DNA of 64,000 nucleotides from Microgenomates group bacterium (GTDB taxonomy: Bacteria; Patescibacteriota; Microgenomatia; UBA1400; MFAQ01): contig JBAQNH010000002.1 in assembly GCA_049303575.1 (NCBI GenBank), positions 83,984-147,983 of the forward strand, read 5' to 3'. The notes below the pieces were generated by a model that was not told the origin of the DNA, made no database searches, and worked only from the letters and a program-made list of their open reading frames with translations. The translations under genes were made by a program, and so were the position numbers. Below, piece after piece: positions 1 through 10,055 of the stretch. Position 1 is the first letter of the stretch, and each line of letters begins with the position of its first letter.

Positions 1-668
1 ACATCCTCGCCGACAACGGCGCTCGTAGCGCCGCCTTCGGTTCTACCAGTCAGTTGGTTATTCCCGGTCATACTGTGTCCGTTAAAACAGGTACTACTAA
101 TGACCTCAAAGATAACTGGACCATCGGTTATACCCCTGATTATTTAGCTGTCACCTGGGTTGGCAACAACGATAACTCTTCCATGAGTTATGTTGCTTCC
201 GGAGTCACCGGGGCTTCTCCTATCTGGAACAAAATTATGAGGAGACTCCTTAAAGATGTTAAAGACAAACCCTTAGTCAAGCCAGAATTAGTCACCAATT
301 TCCAAGTCTGTAATCTCACTGGCCTCCTTGCCCAACAAGAAAATCAATGTGAATCACACAACGAGTTCTTTATCGACAACATCCTTCCCCCAGGACAGTC
401 CGCCTATCCTACAAAGATGCAGGTCTGGGTCCGCCGTTCGGATAAACAACCGATTCTTCCCGGAGACGAAACCGTTGACCGTGATCTTGAGGAACACACC
501 GTCGTCTCCGATCCCTTCACTCAAAATTTCTGCCTAGACTGCGCTTATCCCGTTGATGACAAGGGTAAAATCTCTTGGCCACAAACCATTATTGATTACT
601 CAAAGTTTCAATATAAAAACATTACCCCTGCCAATTTTCTAAATACTGTTCCTACCAATGCTCCGTAA
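1..668 (+). CDS. class A penicillin-binding protein (PBP1A-like), C-terminal fragment; 5' end lies outside the window
   Basis: Reading frame is open from base 1. Translation (..ILADNGARSAAFG..KTGTTNDLKDNWTIGYTPDYLAVTWVGNNDN..ASGVTGASPIWNKI) closely parallels the C-terminal transpeptidase region (KTGT motif) of the complete PBP at 1947..4301. Confidence 0.7.
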   Translation, partial: ILADNGARSAAFGSTSQLVIPGHTVSVKTGTTNDLKDNWTIGYTPDYLAVTWVGNNDNSSMSYVASGVTGASPIWNKIMRRLLKDVKDKPLVKPELVTNFQVCNLTGLLAQQENQCESHNEFFIDNILPPGQSAYPTKMQVWVRRSDKQPILPGDETVDRDLEEHTVVSDPFTQNFCLDCAYPVDDKGKISWPQTIIDYSKFQYKNITPANFLNTVPTNAP

Positions 669-1875
669 AATAAAAATCTTTTTCCTTTTACTCGGATTGG
701 CATTATCCTCAATCACTGCCTACGCAGTCTGGCGAAGTACCCTCCCTCTTGTTAGTCCGATTGCTCTTATCGACAGTCTTATCGGCAACTCTCCCGCCAT
801 AAAATCCGACAAGGTTATCTATGGATTTTTTCCTTACTGGAACTTAAAGTATGCCGAACAACTAAACATTAAGTCCCTCACCCATTTTGCTTACTTTGCC
901 ATTGATCTCAAAGATGACGGCTCTGTCAATAAAAAGGTTAACCTCGTTGAGTCTGAACCTGGTTGGAACAAACTTAAATCCAAGGATACTAATAAACTTT
1001 TCTACCAGTCAAAACTTCTTGGTCAAAAAACCGTTATTGTCATCACTGCCATGCAGCCGGAAACTATTGAGTCAATTCTTAATTCTCCGGAAAACAAAAG
1101 GACAGCCATTGCTTCCATCATGAATATTTATAAAGACTTCGGCTTTGATGATATCAACGTCGACTTTGAATATGTCGATACCGGCAACAAAACTTTAAGA
1201 GATAATTTTATTGACTTCATTACCAATCTTCGTTTTGCCTGTGTTTCGTATAAAAGTCATTGTCAAATTGATATCGATATCTTTGCTAGCGCTGCCGAAA
1301 AACCCCGTCTTTGGGATCTCAAACAACTCGAACCGATAACCGACAAATTTATTGTCATGGCTTACGACTACTATCGAAAATCATCGACTCAAGCTGGACC
1401 AGTTGCCCCGATAAGAGGTAAATGTTCTGGTACCTTCTCCGATGAGAAAGACTGTCTAGAAGAAGATATTCTTTCTCATATTTCTCAAATAAGTAAACTT
1501 ATTCCCTCAGACAAAATTATCCTCGGAGTACCTTTCTATGGTTATGAATGGCAAACTGCCTCTACCGATTTCCTGGCCAACACTTACCCTGGTACTGGGG
1601 CTCTTGCCACATATCAGCGGATTCAGTCTCTCTTCCAAGATACCAAAATTTCTTCCATCTCTGCTCAGTGGTCAAATTTAACTCTCAGCCCTTACCTCTC
1701 CTACGAAGAAGATGAAAAAATTTACCAAATTCATTTTGAAAATGCTCAGTCCTTGGAACAAAAAATCAAGTTTGTCGAGTCAGCCAATCTCGGTGGTATT
1801 GCCATCTGGGCCCTTGGTTATGAAGGTCCTTCACAAGATTTATGGGAACCCATAAACTCTCTTTTTCTCCCCTAG
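658..1875 (+). CDS. glycoside hydrolase family 18 (chitinase-like) protein, membrane-anchored or secreted
   Basis: N-terminal hydrophobic segment. The DDINVDFEY segment matches the GH18 DxxDxDxE catalytic motif. YGFFPYW and GVPFYGYEW segments are typical of GH18 TIM barrels. Confidence 0.6.
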   Translation: MLRKIKIFFLLLGLALSSITAYAVWRSTLPLVSPIALIDSLIGNSPAIKSDKVIYGFFPYWNLKYAEQLNIKSLTHFAYFAIDLKDDGSVNKKVNLVESEPGWNKLKSKDTNKLFYQSKLLGQKTVIVITAMQPETIESILNSPENKRTAIASIMNIYKDFGFDDINVDFEYVDTGNKTLRDNFIDFITNLRFACVSYKSHCQIDIDIFASAAEKPRLWDLKQLEPITDKFIVMAYDYYRKSSTQAGPVAPIRGKCSGTFSDEKDCLEEDILSHISQISKLIPSDKIILGVPFYGYEWQTASTDFLANTYPGTGALATYQRIQSLFQDTKISSISAQWSNLTLSPYLSYEEDEKIYQIHFENAQSLEQKIKFVESANLGGIAIWALGYEGPSQDLWEPINSLFLP

Positions 1876-1946
1876 TCTTTTCCCGTTTTTCGTTCTAAAA
1901 TATACTTAGTTTGTAAGACCTGCCCTTTGAACAATCCGCCTTCCTC

Positions 1947-4301
1947 ATGGCTCAAAAAAGACACTTTATTCAATCAAAGAATTTTTTATCATATCTCGGT
2001 ACTCCTGTCTTTAAAATTGTTCTCTGGTCGATTTTAATTTTGGGGTACGTCTTTGTCTTCTTTTCCAAACTATTCTCTGCTCCTCTTCCCCAAGTCACTT
2101 TTCCGAAAATTTCCTTTCCAAAAATCTATTTTCCCCATATCTCATTTCCCAAAATAATTTTCCCAAAAATTATTCTCCCTCATTTTCCCAAAACTGTTTA
2201 TCCCCAACCAAAAATTGATTTAAACTCCCTTCGTTCATACCTTTTCTTTTCCCTTGGAGTTATTTCACTGGTTTGTTTCATCTACATTGAGTTTTTTTAT
2301 GGACTCCCTAGTCCAAGGATGCTAACCGACTATCCTTCAAAACTTACTACTCAGATCCTAGACAGAAACGGCAAACTTCTTTACAAAATTTACAAAGACG
2401 AAAATCGCACTTTAGTCACTCTTGACTCACTTCCTTCTCACGTAAAAAACGCCTTCCTTGCCGCCGAAGACAAAGACTTCTACCACCACAAGGGTTTCTC
2501 CGTCTCTGGTACACTTCGCGCACTATACAAAAATATTACTAATAACAAAACAGAAGGAGGTTCTACTATTACCCAGCAACTGGTCAAAAACACCCTCCTC
2601 AACAATGAAAAAACTCTTACCAGAAAGATCAAAGAGCTTATTCTTGCCGTCGAGGTCGAGTATACCTACAACAAAGATAAAATTTTTGAGATGTACCTCA
2701 ACCAGGTCGGTTTTGGTGGACCAGCTTATGGTATCCAAGAAGCCGCCAGACAATATTTCAATATTGATGCCAAAAATCTAAATCTTTCGCAAGCTGCTTT
2801 TCTGGCCGGACTCCCTCAAGCTCCCAGTAAATACTCCCCTTTCGGTAATCAACCGGAACTAGCTAAAGAAAGGCAGAAGTTTGTTCTCGATCAAATGCTC
2901 AAGCTGAACATGATTAACAATGCGGATTATCAAAAAGCCGTCGACCAAAAACTTGTTTTTAACTCTGCCAAAATCGAAATTAACGCTCCTCATTTTGTAA
3001 TGTATATCAAAGATATTCTTACTAAAGATCTCGGTGAAAACGTCGTTAACCAGGGAGGGCTTGTCGTCACTACCACTCTGGATCTAGAACTTCAAGAAAA
3101 GGTTCAGCAAATCGTAACTTCTGAAATCAGTAATTTAAAAAAATATCAAGTCAGTAATGGTGCTGCCCTAGTCACCAATCCCAAGACTGGAGAAATTCTG
3201 GCCATGGTTGGTTCCAAAGACTATTTCAATCTTAACGAAGATGGCCAAGTCAACCTAACCTTAGCCTTACGCCAACCAGGAAGTTCAATTAAACCGCTTA
3301 ACTACGCCTTAGCTTTTGAAAATGGTTATGGCCCTGGAAACGTTATTGAAGACAAGCCTATTTCTTTCAATCTTCCTGGGCAAGAACCGTGGGCTCCCAA
3401 AAACTATGACGGTAAATTTCACGGGTTCGTAACTCTCAGACAAGCTCTTGGTAGCTCCTACAACATTCCTTCAGTTATTCTTCTCTCCAAAAATGGCATC
3501 CAAAACTTAGTTGCCCTGGCCCAAAAAATGGGCATTACTTCCTGGGACGATCCTGGTAGGTTCGGACTTTCCATGGCCCTTGGTAGTCTGGAAGTTAGAA
3601 TGGTCGATCTCGCTACAGCCTACTCAACTTTTGCAAACTCCGGCATAACCACACCCCTAAACTCCATCGTCAAAATTGAAAGGTCCAATGGTGAAAAAAT
3701 CTATCTTTCCACCTGTCCCCAAAAAATGGAGGCTGTCGAGGAAAGCACTTCTGCTCTCGCCAAAGACAATAACTGTTCTCCTCATCAATCAGTTTCCCCC
3801 TCAACCGCCTATCTCATCTCCGACATCCTCGCCGATAACAGCGCTAGAGCTCCAGCCTTTGGAGCAAACTCGGTCATCAACATTAAAAAAACCAAGGTTG
3901 CTGTCAAAACCGGAACCAGTAATGACCTCCGCGATAACTGGACCTTTGGTTACACCGACGACTTTCTCGTTTCCACCTGGGTTGGCAACAACAATAACGC
4001 TCCCATGTCTCGTATTGCTTCGGGTATTACGGGAGCTTCACCTATCTGGGCAAAAATTTTCAACATTATTCTTGAGTCCATTCCTCAAATGACCAAAACG
4101 GACACTGTTGCTCCGACCGGTCTTATAAGAGTCCCCATCTGCACCCTTACCGGCACACTTTCCTGTGAGGGTTGTCCTACTAAATATGAATACTATAAAA
4201 AAGGTACCGAACCAAAAACTACCTGCGACCCAGCCAGAATAAAAGAAATTCTCTACCCCACGCCTTCGTCATCAATTGCCCCCTCTCCTCAAATTCTCTA
4301 A
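1947..4301 (+). CDS. bifunctional class A penicillin-binding protein (transglycosylase/transpeptidase, PBP1A), with an N-terminal FPKI tandem-repeat segment
   Basis: Transglycosylase motifs EDKDFYHHKGFS and TITQQLVKN. Transpeptidase motifs PGSSIKP (SxxK), SYN-like SxN and KTGTSND (KTG). An N-terminal TM helix follows the repeat FPKISFPKIYFPHISFPKIIFPKIILPHFPK. Confidence 0.85.
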   Translation: MAQKRHFIQSKNFLSYLGTPVFKIVLWSILILGYVFVFFSKLFSAPLPQVTFPKISFPKIYFPHISFPKIIFPKIILPHFPKTVYPQPKIDLNSLRSYLFFSLGVISLVCFIYIEFFYGLPSPRMLTDYPSKLTTQILDRNGKLLYKIYKDENRTLVTLDSLPSHVKNAFLAAEDKDFYHHKGFSVSGTLRALYKNITNNKTEGGSTITQQLVKNTLLNNEKTLTRKIKELILAVEVEYTYNKDKIFEMYLNQVGFGGPAYGIQEAARQYFNIDAKNLNLSQAAFLAGLPQAPSKYSPFGNQPELAKERQKFVLDQMLKLNMINNADYQKAVDQKLVFNSAKIEINAPHFVMYIKDILTKDLGENVVNQGGLVVTTTLDLELQEKVQQIVTSEISNLKKYQVSNGAALVTNPKTGEILAMVGSKDYFNLNEDGQVNLTLALRQPGSSIKPLNYALAFENGYGPGNVIEDKPISFNLPGQEPWAPKNYDGKFHGFVTLRQALGSSYNIPSVILLSKNGIQNLVALAQKMGITSWDDPGRFGLSMALGSLEVRMVDLATAYSTFANSGITTPLNSIVKIERSNGEKIYLSTCPQKMEAVEESTSALAKDNNCSPHQSVSPSTAYLISDILADNSARAPAFGANSVINIKKTKVAVKTGTSNDLRDNWTFGYTDDFLVSTWVGNNNNAPMSRIASGITGASPIWAKIFNIILESIPQMTKTDTVAPTGLIRVPICTLTGTLSCEGCPTKYEYYKKGTEPKTTCDPARIKEILYPTPSSSIAPSPQIL
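2095..2195 (+). repeat. in-frame 15-nt tandem repeats (about 6 units) encoding FPKIx pentapeptides in the PBP1A N-terminus
   Basis: TTTCCNAAAATNNNN units are visible in the DNA. Protein reads FPKISFPKIYFPHISFPKIIFPKIILPHFPK. Confidence 0.7.
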
Positions 4302-4304
4302 TAA

Positions 4305-4610
4305 CTAGAGAGTTATCTCCACGTAATTTTTACTTTTTGATTTTTCCGGTGTTGGTTTTGCTTGATCCCTATTCTCCGTTTCAATAATCATTGGTTCTCC
4401 TTTTAAAATACTGCCAATTTTGGGCGCCAACCAAAAACCAATCGTAATCACCAAAATAATTATCAGTGACCAAAACACCACCTTTCTTTCGGCGGCTCTT
4501 TCCTCCTTAGACTTCTTTCTTTTTTTTCTTTTAGGTACTCCGTCTCCCACATTCTCATCATCTTCACTAGGAATCTCAATATCCATATCCTGCTCTTTAA
4601 TTTTTGCCAT
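4305..4610 (-). CDS. small hypothetical membrane protein with a lysine-rich N-terminal region
   Basis: ORF of 101 aa with one predicted TM helix (VVFWSLIIILVITIGFWLA) and a KRKKRKKSKEER segment. No recognisable domain. Confidence 0.35.
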   Translation of the reverse strand: MAKIKEQDMDIEIPSEDDENVGDGVPKRKKRKKSKEERAAERKVVFWSLIIILVITIGFWLAPKIGSILKGEPMIIETENRDQAKPTPEKSKSKNYVEITL

Positions 4611-5586
4611 TTACTTTCCAAACATCGATATTAACAAGACACTTGGGTTGTCTGCCCTCCAAAATATCATTCATGCTATCCGTTACAATTCTGGCCATTG
4701 CTACTCTAGCTTCGACTGTTGCCGATGCTGTGTGTGGCGTCAATACTGTACTGGGAAGTTCATAGAGTTCAGGCGGAATTTTTGATTCATCCTCAAAAAC
4801 ATCCAGACCGGCTCCGGCAATCTGCCTTTCTTTAAGGGCCGTAATCAAAGCCGCTTGATCCACGATTGGACCTCGAGATGTATTAATTAACAGTGCCGTC
4901 GGTTTCATTAATCTTAATTCTCGCTCTCCAATCATGTGTTTTGTCTCCTCCGTCAGAGGCACCGATAAACTTACCACGTCCGCCAATTCCAACAATTGAT
5001 CTAAGGTGTGATAAACCACCGAGTACTCTTCTTCGAACTCCTCATCTCGATGACGATTGAAGTAAATTATTTTCATTCCCAAAGCTCCGGCCATCCTGGC
5101 CGTCCATCGCCCTATTCGCCCAAGGCCGACAATACCCATTACCTTGTCTTTGACCCCTGTTCCCAAAAGTAAGTCCGGTTCCCATCCTTTATACTTTCCG
5201 GCTCTCACAAATCTATCCCCCTCCACAATTCTTCTGAAAAGTGCCAGAGTTAACGCGATTACTTCCTCGGCTACAGCTTCCGTTAGTACCCCTGGTGTGT
5301 TTGTCACGCAAATTCCCCTCTTGGTTGCTTCAGCTACATCAATATTGTCAAAACCCACCGCATAGTTACTGATTACTTTAAGAGTAGGTCCAGCCGCTTC
5401 CATTACCTCCGTGTCGATCCTCTCGGTCAGTAAAGAGATAATTCCTGCCACACCTTTTACACTTCTAAGCAAATCTTCTCTACCAATATCCTTCTTTTGC
5501 CACACCACTACTTCATACTTCTCTTTCAATTCTTTAAGATACTTATCTAAAAAAACATGAGTTACGAATATTTTCTTTTTGTCCAT
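4597..5586 (-). CDS. D-isomer-specific 2-hydroxyacid dehydrogenase (glycerate/hydroxypyruvate reductase-like)
   Basis: NAD-binding GIVGLGRIGRWTARMA segment. Catalytic-domain signature LINTSRGPIVDQAAL..GAGLDVFEDE. Confidence 0.8.
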   Translation of the reverse strand: MDKKKIFVTHVFLDKYLKELKEKYEVVVWQKKDIGREDLLRSVKGVAGIISLLTERIDTEVMEAAGPTLKVISNYAVGFDNIDVAEATKRGICVTNTPGVLTEAVAEEVIALTLALFRRIVEGDRFVRAGKYKGWEPDLLLGTGVKDKVMGIVGLGRIGRWTARMAGALGMKIIYFNRHRDEEFEEEYSVVYHTLDQLLELADVVSLSVPLTEETKHMIGERELRLMKPTALLINTSRGPIVDQAALITALKERQIAGAGLDVFEDESKIPPELYELPSTVLTPHTASATVEARVAMARIVTDSMNDILEGRQPKCLVNIDVWKVNGKN

Positions 5587-5632
5587 ATCTTAATTAAAGC
5601 ACACGGTGTACCGCATTGTACTCAAGCTCCCT

Positions 5633-6625
5633 TCAGGGCACATCCAAGGTTTCCTCCACTGTTTTTAGTTTTCTCTTAAGCCATTTTTCCATCTCCTTTT
5701 TATACAATAATCCGTCTTTTGCTCCCAATTTGGTCACTACCGAACCACCGTTGGCCAACCCCATTTTCAGCACCTCCTCCGCCACTCTTCCTTGTAATAA
5801 ACCAGCCACTACTCCGGAAACAAAGGCATCTCCAGCTCCTGTATCGTCAATCGATTTGTTAGGATATGCCTCCATCTTCAGCCACTTTCCCCCCTTCCAC
5901 ATCCCCGCTCCTCTATCACCATCGGTAATCATCAACAATCGCGTCCCTGCCTTCACAAAGCTATTCACCAAAACCTCTTCCTCTTCAAAACTACCACCCC
6001 AAAACTCCGCCGCTTCCATTCGATTTACGTTAAACAAATCAATTTTGGGTAAAAGACGTAACATTCTCTCTTTTTGTATCAATTCTTTTTTCCCAGGATT
6101 AACTCCAATTTTAATTCCATGCTCCACAGCAAAATCAACCAAATCCTCGAGTAAATCCATTTCTCCCCCCAAGCTGGATACCTGAATCCAGTCGGCTTTT
6201 TTAATTTCTTCCCAGTCAATTTCATTTCTCTCAATCTCGCCGCTTTCCCCACGATATGTCACGATCGATCTTCTTCCATCCGTCGCCACTAGCACCGCCG
6301 AAATACCCGTCTTCCCTTTAGTCCTTTGTAAAAAGGATAAATCCACGTTTTCCTTCTCCAATTCTTTTATCAATATTTCACTCAGTTCATCGTCTCCAAC
6401 CCTGCTTATCATTTTTACGGCTTCGCCCAGTCGATGTAATCCCGCCGCTACGTTTGTTCCTCCACCTCCACTCACCAGGACTCCATTTTCTGCCTCGATT
6501 TTTCCTCCCATCACCTCACACATCGCCACCCCACCCTCAACCTGATGGCTCTTTAAAACTCGCAAACTTTTTGATTTCAAAAGCACATCAATCACCGCTG
6601 CACCAATAACCACTACTTTCTTCAT
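5633..6625 (-). CDS. PfkB-family carbohydrate kinase (ribokinase/fructokinase-like)
   Basis: N-terminal VVIGAAVIDV and a GG dipeptide segment. C-terminal DTGAGDAFVSGVVAG matches the PfkB DTxGAGD signature. Confidence 0.75.
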   Translation of the reverse strand: MKKVVVIGAAVIDVLLKSKSLRVLKSHQVEGGVAMCEVMGGKIEAENGVLVSGGGGTNVAAGLHRLGEAVKMISRVGDDELSEILIKELEKENVDLSFLQRTKGKTGISAVLVATDGRRSIVTYRGESGEIERNEIDWEEIKKADWIQVSSLGGEMDLLEDLVDFAVEHGIKIGVNPGKKELIQKERMLRLLPKIDLFNVNRMEAAEFWGGSFEEEEVLVNSFVKAGTRLLMITDGDRGAGMWKGGKWLKMEAYPNKSIDDTGAGDAFVSGVVAGLLQGRVAEEVLKMGLANGGSVVTKLGAKDGLLYKKEMEKWLKRKLKTVEETLDVP

Positions 6626-6678
6626 ATCTTTATTCTAAACTAAAACCAACCACCCTTTTGTTATAATTCGACTAGTCT

Positions 6679-7470
6679 ATGCAAAGTTCATCGTTTATCA
6701 CCGTTATTGGAGTCTTGTGTTTTGTTTTGATATTTGTCTATCGAATTCAAGCACTGCACATCAAAAAAATCTGGCATCTCTCTCTTCAGCAAATCATTTT
6801 TCTAATCCTTATCCCCGGACTTGTTTTCCCCATGATCTTTTCCTATTTGCAATCGATGGTTCGCCTACCCAGAAGTGATACTTCCTTTTTTCCCGATGGT
6901 TTTTTGGTCAACATAATTTTGTTATCTGTAATGTTCTCTTATGGTGGTGTTGCTATCCATGCCGTTACCAAAATGCTCTCTGGATATCTCAAGGACAAAA
7001 ATAGTGAACTCGCCCAAGTAAATAAATTTTTTCACTTAAATTTTTCTCACAATCTAATTTATAGTGGCATTATCATTTCTTCACTCGGTATAACACTACT
7101 GGAAATAAATCACGTCCCCAATGATGGAATAACCAATCTCGGTTGGGGAATTTTTCGCGGAATTGTTCTTGGACTTAGCTTTGCCATCTTTATTTATTAC
7201 TACACTCGAGCGTCATCAAACATTTATCGCGGTAGGTGGAGTGATCTGAAACTTTTCTTTGGTGTCGCCTGGATAGGTTTTTCTTTACTTCTCTATATCA
7301 TCCAAAAATTTGACATTGGCTTTACCGAGTACCAACTACTGCTTCCCATGCTTCTTTCTTTTTCCTTTGTTGCTGGTCTTAGTCTCATTTTAGTTATCAA
7401 GAAACTAAAAAATGGCGGCCTTCGTCTAAACTTCAAAAAGAAAATAAGTAAAGTTCTTAAACTAGACTAG
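6679..7470 (+). CDS. hypothetical polytopic membrane protein
   Basis: Six or more hydrophobic helices. No recognisable catalytic motif. Confidence 0.4.
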   Translation: MQSSSFITVIGVLCFVLIFVYRIQALHIKKIWHLSLQQIIFLILIPGLVFPMIFSYLQSMVRLPRSDTSFFPDGFLVNIILLSVMFSYGGVAIHAVTKMLSGYLKDKNSELAQVNKFFHLNFSHNLIYSGIIISSLGITLLEINHVPNDGITNLGWGIFRGIVLGLSFAIFIYYYTRASSNIYRGRWSDLKLFFGVAWIGFSLLLYIIQKFDIGFTEYQLLLPMLLSFSFVAGLSLILVIKKLKNGGLRLNFKKKISKVLKLD

Positions 7471-8216
7471 TCTTTATATACTATCTCTGCCAACTTCTTC
7501 GATACTTCGTTAGGGTTCTCATCCTGCCACACGTTTCTGCCGATCGCAATTCCCGCTGCTCCGGCCTGCATCACTCCCTTGACTTCCTCTTCCAAATTTT
7601 CCCAATCTACTTTTTTTCCTCCCTGTGCCAGCACTCCTGTTTTTCCGGCTGCCCTCACCGCCCAGGAAAAACTCTCCGAGTCTCCGGTATAAGGAACCTT
7701 CACAAAATCCGCATTCATCTCCAGTGCCAAACGTGCCCCATAAGCCACCACATCCCGGTCATTTTCCCGCCCGGCCACCTTTCTTCCTCTGGGATACATC
7801 CAGGCAATCACAATCATTCCTCGTTCATGTGCCTCATCCTCGATTCGAGAAAACTCCACCATCATTTGCTCTTCAAACTGACTCCCTACATAAATGGTAT
7901 AACCTACTCCGATTGCCCCCATTTCTGCTGCTTTTTTAACCGTACAAAGTTGTAAAGACAAAGGCTCTTCTCCTTGAAATGATGTTTTTCCGTTAAGTTT
8001 TACAATAAGTGGCACTCCCGATTCTTTTTTATAATACTTTGCCGCAACCCCCTCTTGAAAAACTACTCCGGTAAAATCGCCATTTTGGGCAATCTTCATA
8101 ATGTAATTAGGGTCAACCGATTTCTCGTTAAAATCTACCGGACCATGTTCCATCCCTTGGTCATAAGCCAAAAGCATTACCTTGCCTTTTATTTCGATTC
8201 TTGAAGTGTCAGCCAT
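7467..8216 (-). CDS. class I (DhnA/FbaB archaeal-type) fructose-bisphosphate aldolase or related ADH synthase
   Basis: DhnA-family TIM-barrel signatures (VKLNGKTSF, IAWMYPRG, FVKVPYTG). Sits inside a pentose-phosphate/glycolytic gene cluster. Confidence 0.65.
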   Translation of the reverse strand: MADTSRIEIKGKVMLLAYDQGMEHGPVDFNEKSVDPNYIMKIAQNGDFTGVVFQEGVAAKYYKKESGVPLIVKLNGKTSFQGEEPLSLQLCTVKKAAEMGAIGVGYTIYVGSQFEEQMMVEFSRIEDEAHERGMIVIAWMYPRGRKVAGRENDRDVVAYGARLALEMNADFVKVPYTGDSESFSWAVRAAGKTGVLAQGGKKVDWENLEEEVKGVMQAGAAGIAIGRNVWQDENPNEVSKKLAEIVYKD

Positions 8217-9165
8217 TTATTATTTTTCTTATTACTTTAATAACCCCATCTTTATTAAATCCATATTTAACCAACAATTCTCCCGGATCACCACTTTCTC
8301 CAAATGAATCTTTCATTCCCATTCTAACCATTTTTGTGGGCCATTTTTCACCCAAAACCTCAGCGATCGCTCCTCCTAGTCCTCCGTTAATTTGATGATC
8401 TTCCAAAGTAACCACCTTCCCAGTTTTCTTTGCACTCCGTACAATTGTTTCCTCATCAAGCGGTTTGATTGTGTGTACATTAACCACTTCCACTTCTACT
8501 TCTTCTTTCAATTCTTCGGCCGCCAACAGTGCTTCATAAACCAAACTTCCGCAAACAAAAATTGTTACGTCCTTACCAGTTCTCAATACTTGTGCTTTCC
8601 CTAGCTCAAATGGCGTCGTTGCCGTTGTAAACATCGCCGTCTTCGGCCTAGTGAGTCTTAAATATACTGGTCCTTTATGTGATGCAATCGCCACGGTTGC
8701 CTTCTTAGCTTGTTCAAAATCTGCCGGCACCACTACCATCAAGTTTGGCAAGGCTCGCGTCATGGCAATATCTTCTAAGGCCTGGTGGGTTGCTCCATCT
8801 GGCCCAACTGAAATCCCGGTATGTCCTCCTACAATTTTTACATTGGCATTGGTATAACAAACGGACACTCGCATTTGATCCCAGTTTCTTCCCGGATTAA
8901 AAACAGCATACGAAACAGCAAAAGGAATTTTTCCTGAAAGAGCCAATCCTGCTGACACTCCCATCATATTTTGTTCCGCCACTCCCACCTGCACAAATCT
9001 ATCCGGATGCTGTTTTTCAAACTCATCTACCCTCATACTTTCTCCCAAATCCGCCGTTACTACCACCACTTCTTTATTACTCTTTCCCAACAAAATCATC
9101 GCTTCCCCAAAGCCTTCTCTGGTGGCTTTTCTCTCTACGTTAATTATGTCGTTTACTAAATTCAT
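8209..9165 (-). CDS. transketolase, C-terminal subunit (pyrimidine-binding and C-terminal domains)
   Basis: FGEAMILLGK..VVVTADL..FVQVGVAEQNMMGVSAGLALSG is typical of split-transketolase subunit B. Adjacent to the N-terminal subunit gene. Confidence 0.85.
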   Translation of the reverse strand: MNLVNDIINVERKATREGFGEAMILLGKSNKEVVVVTADLGESMRVDEFEKQHPDRFVQVGVAEQNMMGVSAGLALSGKIPFAVSYAVFNPGRNWDQMRVSVCYTNANVKIVGGHTGISVGPDGATHQALEDIAMTRALPNLMVVVPADFEQAKKATVAIASHKGPVYLRLTRPKTAMFTTATTPFELGKAQVLRTGKDVTIFVCGSLVYEALLAAEELKEEVEVEVVNVHTIKPLDEETIVRSAKKTGKVVTLEDHQINGGLGGAIAEVLGEKWPTKMVRMGMKDSFGESGDPGELLVKYGFNKDGVIKVIRKIING

Positions 9166-9166
9166 T

Positions 9167-10000
9167 TTACTTTAGTTCCCATAATGCTTTTTCCGCCTCT
9201 TCGCTGGTCGGTGCTTTTCCGTGCCAATGAAAGTCTCCCTCTACAAAACTTACTCCCTTACCGGCAATCGTTTTCATAATAACTGCCTTTGGTTGGTCGG
9301 GGAATAATTTTCCTTTTTCAAAAACAGCCATAATTTCCGGAATGTTGTTTCCATCAATTTCAAATACTCGTAGTCCAAAGGCCGTCAACTTATCTTTCAA
9401 AGGTTCAATTGGCATCACTTCTCCTAAATTTCCGCTAATTTGTATTTCATTTCTGTCAATTACAAAGGTCAAATTTCCCAAACCATATTTGGCTGCTGTT
9501 TGGTATGCTTCCCACGTCTGTCCTTCTTGTTGTTCGGCATCGCTGTCAATACATATTACCTTCCATTTTTTCTTATCCATTTTTCCGGCGAGTGCCATTC
9601 CTACTGCCACACTTACTCCCTGGCCTAAAGGACCACCTGTATTTTCAATTCCCGGCAACTGTTTATAGTTACTCCCAGAAAAATCAATTTGTCTTACCGG
9701 ATGCCCCTGCAATCTTGTCCCCAACTTTCTTAGTGTTTTTAACTCCTCCATGGGAAAAAATCCGGCCAAAGCAAGAGCCGCATACTGTACCGGGCAGTAA
9801 TGTCCGCATGATAAAACAACTCTGTCTCGATCATCCCAATATGGTTCATCTGTCTTGAAATTTATTAGTCCTCCAAAATACAATGCTGCAAAAAGATCGG
9901 CTGTGCCTAAAGGTCCTGCTGTATGACCAGACTCGGCCAGCGTTAACATCTTAATTATTTCCACTCTAATTTCTCTCGCTTTATCCATCAAATCCACCAT
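9167..10000 (-). CDS. transketolase, N-terminal (TPP-binding) subunit
   Basis: SGHTAGPLGTADLFAALYF and GPLGQGVSVAVGMALAGK are thiamine-diphosphate-binding signatures. Confidence 0.85.
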   Translation of the reverse strand: MVDLMDKAREIRVEIIKMLTLAESGHTAGPLGTADLFAALYFGGLINFKTDEPYWDDRDRVVLSCGHYCPVQYAALALAGFFPMEELKTLRKLGTRLQGHPVRQIDFSGSNYKQLPGIENTGGPLGQGVSVAVGMALAGKMDKKKWKVICIDSDAEQQEGQTWEAYQTAAKYGLGNLTFVIDRNEIQISGNLGEVMPIEPLKDKLTAFGLRVFEIDGNNIPEIMAVFEKGKLFPDQPKAVIMKTIAGKGVSFVEGDFHWHGKAPTSEEAEKALWELK

Positions 10001-10055
10001 ATATTCATTCTAAACCATTGTCGCCGTACATACTTGCGGTCAGAAAATATAAAAA

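Noticed and set aside
5616-6185. 189-aa plus-strand ORF, with similar antisense ORFs (328..537, 887..1123, 2458..2781, 3676..4092, 15282..15875, 16379..16720, 29636..30223, 44996..45272, 48475..48822, 49336..49794 and others)
   Set aside because: All lie antisense or out of frame inside well-supported genes with recognisable domains. Their Ser/Pro/Thr-rich, low-complexity translations are typical of non-coding frames.
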